The position numbers were made by a program, and so were the translations under genes. The notes beneath the pieces were generated by a model that was not told the origin of the DNA, searched no databases, and saw only the letters and a list, made by a program, of their open reading frames with translations. A DNA stretch of 64,000 bases from an uncultured delta proteobacterium. GTDB taxonomy: Bacteria > Myxococcota_A > Polyangia > Polyangiales > Polyangiaceae. The stretch spans positions 1,920,001 through 1,984,000 of the forward strand of contig CAWAIF010000003.1 in NCBI GenBank assembly GCA_963782055.1. Reading direction: 5' to 3'. Shown here one piece after another: positions 60,630 through 64,000 of the stretch (within the stretch, counting starts at the first letter, position 1; each line of letters begins with the position of its first letter).

Positions 60630-61616
60630 ATGCAGACCGCGCAATTCGGTGGACCGCTCTCCGCGCTCCGGGACCCCGCCACCGGAAACCAGACGTCGGG
60701 GCGCCTGTTCGGCACCATCTCGTACGAGGCGCAAGGCGACGTATCGCAGGTGATGCCCATGGTGCAGCAGGCCGTGCTCAACGCCGCGGTCCAGGTGATC
60801 ACCGAGAAGCTCCAAACGAACCAGGTCGCGCTGCCCACGCTCGCGCAGAGCCTGCCGTACTTCGCGCAGGAGATCATCGGGCGCAGCGGCGCGCAGCAGT
60901 ACGGCGTCCAGATCACCCAGCTCGTGATGCAGGTGCAGCTGGAGAACGCGGGCATGCCGCAGCAGCCGCCGCCCCCGCAACAGATGCCCCCCACGCCGAT
61001 GCAGGCGATGCAGAGCTCGCTGGAGCAGCAGGCGCAGGACCGGCTCGACCCGCGCAACTACAACGTCAAGGCGCGGATCAACGTGGGCGGGTTCAGGATC
61101 AAGGCCAGCACCGACGGTGGGGTGGATACCGCGGGGCTCATGAGCCAGGCCAAGGACAAGGCCAAGTCGACGGTGATCTGGTGGGCGGGGGGCTGCCTGG
61201 TCTTGCTGGTCGTCGGGATCGGGCTGCTCGCGCTCGCGTTGTACGTCTACCGCCAGGCCGGGACCGCCTCGACGCCGGCCGCCGGTACCGCGACGGCGGT
61301 GGCCTGGGACGGCAAGGCGCCGTTCACGTGCGGCGGCAACGAGCACGTCAAGCTCTCCGGCGTCACCGCGAACCTCACGTCGGGCACCGCCGTGAGCGCA
61401 TCGGGCAACTGCGACCTGGAGCTCGCGGACTGCGACATCACGGCCCCGACGGCGATCGCGGCGTCCGGCAACGCGAAGGTCACCGTCACGGGTGGGAGCG
61501 TCAGCGGCAGCGATGACGCCGCGACGGCCGCCGCCAACGCTCACGTCACGTTCTCCGGCACGAAGGTGACGGGCAAGAAGAAGCAGAGCGGGCTGGGGAA
61601 AGTCGTCGGTCCCTGA
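60630..61616 (+). CDS. Single-pass membrane protein: SPFH-like N-terminus, Pro/Gln linker, C-terminal beta-helix-like domain
   Basis: LRDP..GRLFGTISY N-terminal region, TM at WWAGGCLVLLVVG, small-residue beta repeats. Confidence 0.65.
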   Translation: MQTAQFGGPLSALRDPATGNQTSGRLFGTISYEAQGDVSQVMPMVQQAVLNAAVQVITEKLQTNQVALPTLAQSLPYFAQEIIGRSGAQQYGVQITQLVMQVQLENAGMPQQPPPPQQMPPTPMQAMQSSLEQQAQDRLDPRNYNVKARINVGGFRIKASTDGGVDTAGLMSQAKDKAKSTVIWWAGGCLVLLVVGIGLLALALYVYRQAGTASTPAAGTATAVAWDGKAPFTCGGNEHVKLSGVTANLTSGTAVSASGNCDLELADCDITAPTAIAASGNAKVTVTGGSVSGSDDAATAAANAHVTFSGTKVTGKKKQSGLGKVVGP

Positions 61617-61735
61617 TCCGTCGCCCGCCTTCGCGCAGCAAATCCGCGCGCGGCTGCGCGCCGGCGCGACGAACTGGCGACCAGCCTGCCATTCGTAGTA
61701 CAGATTGCCTTCTCGGGGGGAGAAGGCGGGCGGGC

Positions 61736-62536
61736 ATGGCATCGGGCGCGAAGAAGATCTCGTCGATCGTGGGCGGAGGACTGTTCGGGGTGTTGCTCCT
61801 GCTGTGGGTGGTCCCACCGACTCACGGGATGATCCTCGGCTTCATCGAGGTCCACCTCTGGGAGCTGAAGCACGGCAAGGACCAGCTCACCTGCGGCGGC
61901 TCGCAGCGCATGACCATTCGCGGACAGAAGATCGTGGTCAAGTCCGGCGATCTGACGGGCCCCTTCGCCGACATGGGGCTGATCGACGTGGGCGGTGACT
62001 GCCAGCTCGAGATCATCGACAGCGACATCGAGGCGCCGAAGGTCCTCAGCGCGGGCGGGTCCGCCCACGTGCTCATCCAGGGCGGCCACATCACCGGCAC
62101 CGAGGAGGCCATCTCCTCCGGCGGCGACGCGGTCGTGGAGGTGAAGGGAGCGAAGGTGGACGGGAAGGTCAGCGGGAGGCCGGCCAACCTGGTCGGCATC
62201 TCCACGACGAAGGAGGGCGACACCCCGCGCGCGTCAGGACCGAAGGGGTGGGACGAGCTCGCCTGCCAGGGCGTGGCCGCCTGCTTCTCCGAGGCCGGCT
62301 TCGCCGGGAACGTGAGCGTCACCGTCACCTCGAAGGTCTCGGCGAGCGGGAAGGTGACGGGCGCCGAGCTGGAGGGCGACGCTCCCGCGGACGTGCAGAA
62401 GTGCATCGTCAAGGGCGCCCGCGCCAAGACGCTCAGTGATTACGACGGCAAGCCCGGCAAGCTGGTCTGCAAGCTGGTGGGCACCATCAACGGCGGGACG
62501 CAGATGCTCTCGGTCGACTCGACGTTCTCGCACTGA
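61736..62536 (+). CDS. Membrane-anchored protein with the same beta-helix-like domain plus a TonB-C/AgmX-like C-terminal domain
   Basis: N-terminal TM; LTCGG...CQLEIIDSDIEAP; VAACF...GNVSVTVTSKVSASGKVTGAEL...VQKCI. Confidence 0.65.
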   Translation: MASGAKKISSIVGGGLFGVLLLLWVVPPTHGMILGFIEVHLWELKHGKDQLTCGGSQRMTIRGQKIVVKSGDLTGPFADMGLIDVGGDCQLEIIDSDIEAPKVLSAGGSAHVLIQGGHITGTEEAISSGGDAVVEVKGAKVDGKVSGRPANLVGISTTKEGDTPRASGPKGWDELACQGVAACFSEAGFAGNVSVTVTSKVSASGKVTGAELEGDAPADVQKCIVKGARAKTLSDYDGKPGKLVCKLVGTINGGTQMLSVDSTFSH

Positions 62537-62542
62537 GGCGCG

Positions 62543-63934
62543 TCACGGGCAGAGGGTGACCACGTAGCCCATGTCGGAGTCGCCCCCGTCGCGGAAGAGC
62601 TCCGGCGAGGCACCGTCCCAGAGGCCGCTGTACGAGCCGGGCATGGTGATGGTGTTGCCGTCGCTCGCGATGCCGCCGGGCGCGCCACCGACGGACACGA
62701 CCCAGCGCGGTCGCCCGTCCGGGTCCAGCGAGGCGACGAAGGTGCCGTCGTCGTGCGCGACGGGGGCGCGCGCCGCGCTGGCCTTGCCCACGGTCTTGCG
62801 GTCGCCATAGCCCATGACGACGACGCTGCCGTCCTGCAGCACGGTGGCGTCGGCGAGGCCGGAGTTCGAGGACCAGGCGTCCTGCCAGCGCGGGCGACCG
62901 TCGGCGTCGACGAGCTCCAGCACCGTCGAGGGGTCGGTGCCGCGGTGGGCCTTCGCGCCGCCGCGGTGCCAGAGGAAGAAGCGCTCCCCGCTCGAGGTCG
63001 CGACGGCGCCGGGGTCGCCGCTCGCCGTGATCTGTGCGGTGCTCGTGGTCTTGCCGCCGGCGCCGATGGTCACCGCGCGCACCAGGCCCTCCTCCCCGGC
63101 CTTGGAGGTGTTCGTGCCGAGCGCCACGGCGCCGGCGGCGCTGGCCGCGATGCCGCTGGCCAGGTCCGGGAGCTTGGCCGTCCAGGCGACCTTGCCCGCG
63201 GAGTCGACCTTGAGCAGGACCACGCCCTCGTCGTCGGCTTGTCGCACCAGCGTCGTCTCCGGCGTGCGGAGCGCTCCGCCGAAGACGACCTGGCAGATCA
63301 CGCCTCCGTCGTCGGTCGCGACGATCGGGCCCGTCTCCGGACCGTCCTCGTCGTCGTCACTCAGGGCGAGGCGCCACCGCTCGTGTCCGCCGGCGTCCAG
63401 CGCGACGATGGCTGCGAGGGGCGCCTGCTTCCGCTCGGCGATGGCGATCACCGGTCCGGAAGGGGTCAGGACGGCGTCGGCCGCGTTGGCCAGGACGCGG
63501 GCGCTCCAGGCGACGTGCCCGCTGTCGCTCGCCAGCACGACGATGGGCTCCTCCGCCTTGGTGCCGATCTTCCCGATCCTGCCGGCGATCATCAGCCGCC
63601 CACCGAGCGGGGAGACGCGCTCCAGGGCGAGGTGCGGCCACGGTCCCATCAGCAGGGTGCGGGAGACGTCGCCGCCCGCGCCGCACGGCCGCGGTCCGCG
63701 CGCCTCCAGGTCGCCCCTCAGCGCGGGTGGCAGATCCGCGAAGAGCGGCGGTGAGGATGCCGGCGGCGTGACGAGCGCCGGCGCCGTCGTCGTCGCCGAG
63801 GCGGCAGGCCGGGTCGACCCCTTGCCGCGAAGCCAGACCACGGCCCCCACGATCACCGCCAGACCGACGACGGCGATCGCTGCCACGGCCGCGACGACGA
63901 ACCAGACCAGTCCGCTTCCTCCCCTTCCGTTCAT
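62543..63934 (-). CDS. Membrane-anchored hypothetical protein, probable beta-propeller
   Basis: N-terminal TM, Pro/Thr/Ala linker, repeated (L/V)DxxGxxxW blades. Confidence 0.72.
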   Translation of the reverse strand: MNGRGGSGLVWFVVAAVAAIAVVGLAVIVGAVVWLRGKGSTRPAASATTTAPALVTPPASSPPLFADLPPALRGDLEARGPRPCGAGGDVSRTLLMGPWPHLALERVSPLGGRLMIAGRIGKIGTKAEEPIVVLASDSGHVAWSARVLANAADAVLTPSGPVIAIAERKQAPLAAIVALDAGGHERWRLALSDDDEDGPETGPIVATDDGGVICQVVFGGALRTPETTLVRQADDEGVVLLKVDSAGKVAWTAKLPDLASGIAASAAGAVALGTNTSKAGEEGLVRAVTIGAGGKTTSTAQITASGDPGAVATSSGERFFLWHRGGAKAHRGTDPSTVLELVDADGRPRWQDAWSSNSGLADATVLQDGSVVVMGYGDRKTVGKASAARAPVAHDDGTFVASLDPDGRPRWVVSVGGAPGGIASDGNTITMPGSYSGLWDGASPELFRDGGDSDMGYVVTLCP

Positions 63935-64000
63935 CGGAGCGGACGGTACAACGGACGCGGCGCCTGGTGTGGAGGGGAAGCGTGCCGGCCAGCGGCCGCG

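Overview
High-GC bacterial chromosomal DNA with about 47 genes. It looks myxobacterial (Polyangiales-like), inferred from many Cys-rich/DAG-spacer lipoproteins, Hanks-type Ser/Thr kinases and an FHA-sigma54 activator. I found no rRNA, tRNA, CRISPR array, transposase or integrase. The best candidate for an undescribed system is a biosynthetic locus at ~8-26 kb. It has a co-directional run of GMC oxidoreductase, GH3 acyl-acid amido synthetase, myo-inositol-1-phosphate synthase, DegT/StsC-type aminotransferase and a flippase-like membrane protein. A divergent aldehyde dehydrogenase/Trp-2,3-dioxygenase pair lies upstream, and an inositol monophosphatase and MMPL/RND exporter lie nearby. Together these suggest an N-acyl-aminocyclitol (inosamine amide/lipid) pathway. 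Other notable items: a SecY-like/DUF2007-like/SecD-head fusion protein; a MoxR-type AAA ATPase with a 1687-aa helical-repeat/HExxH/VWA partner; a frameshift-split SLC12-like cation-chloride cotransporter fused to a P-loop ATPase, between an APC-USP transporter and MscS; a REC-EAL plus kinase-PilZ c-di-GMP module; a degenerate sigma54 activator; a Y-shaped intergenic palindrome; and two gene scars. All family calls come from motif recognition by eye, not database searches, and many start codons are best guesses.
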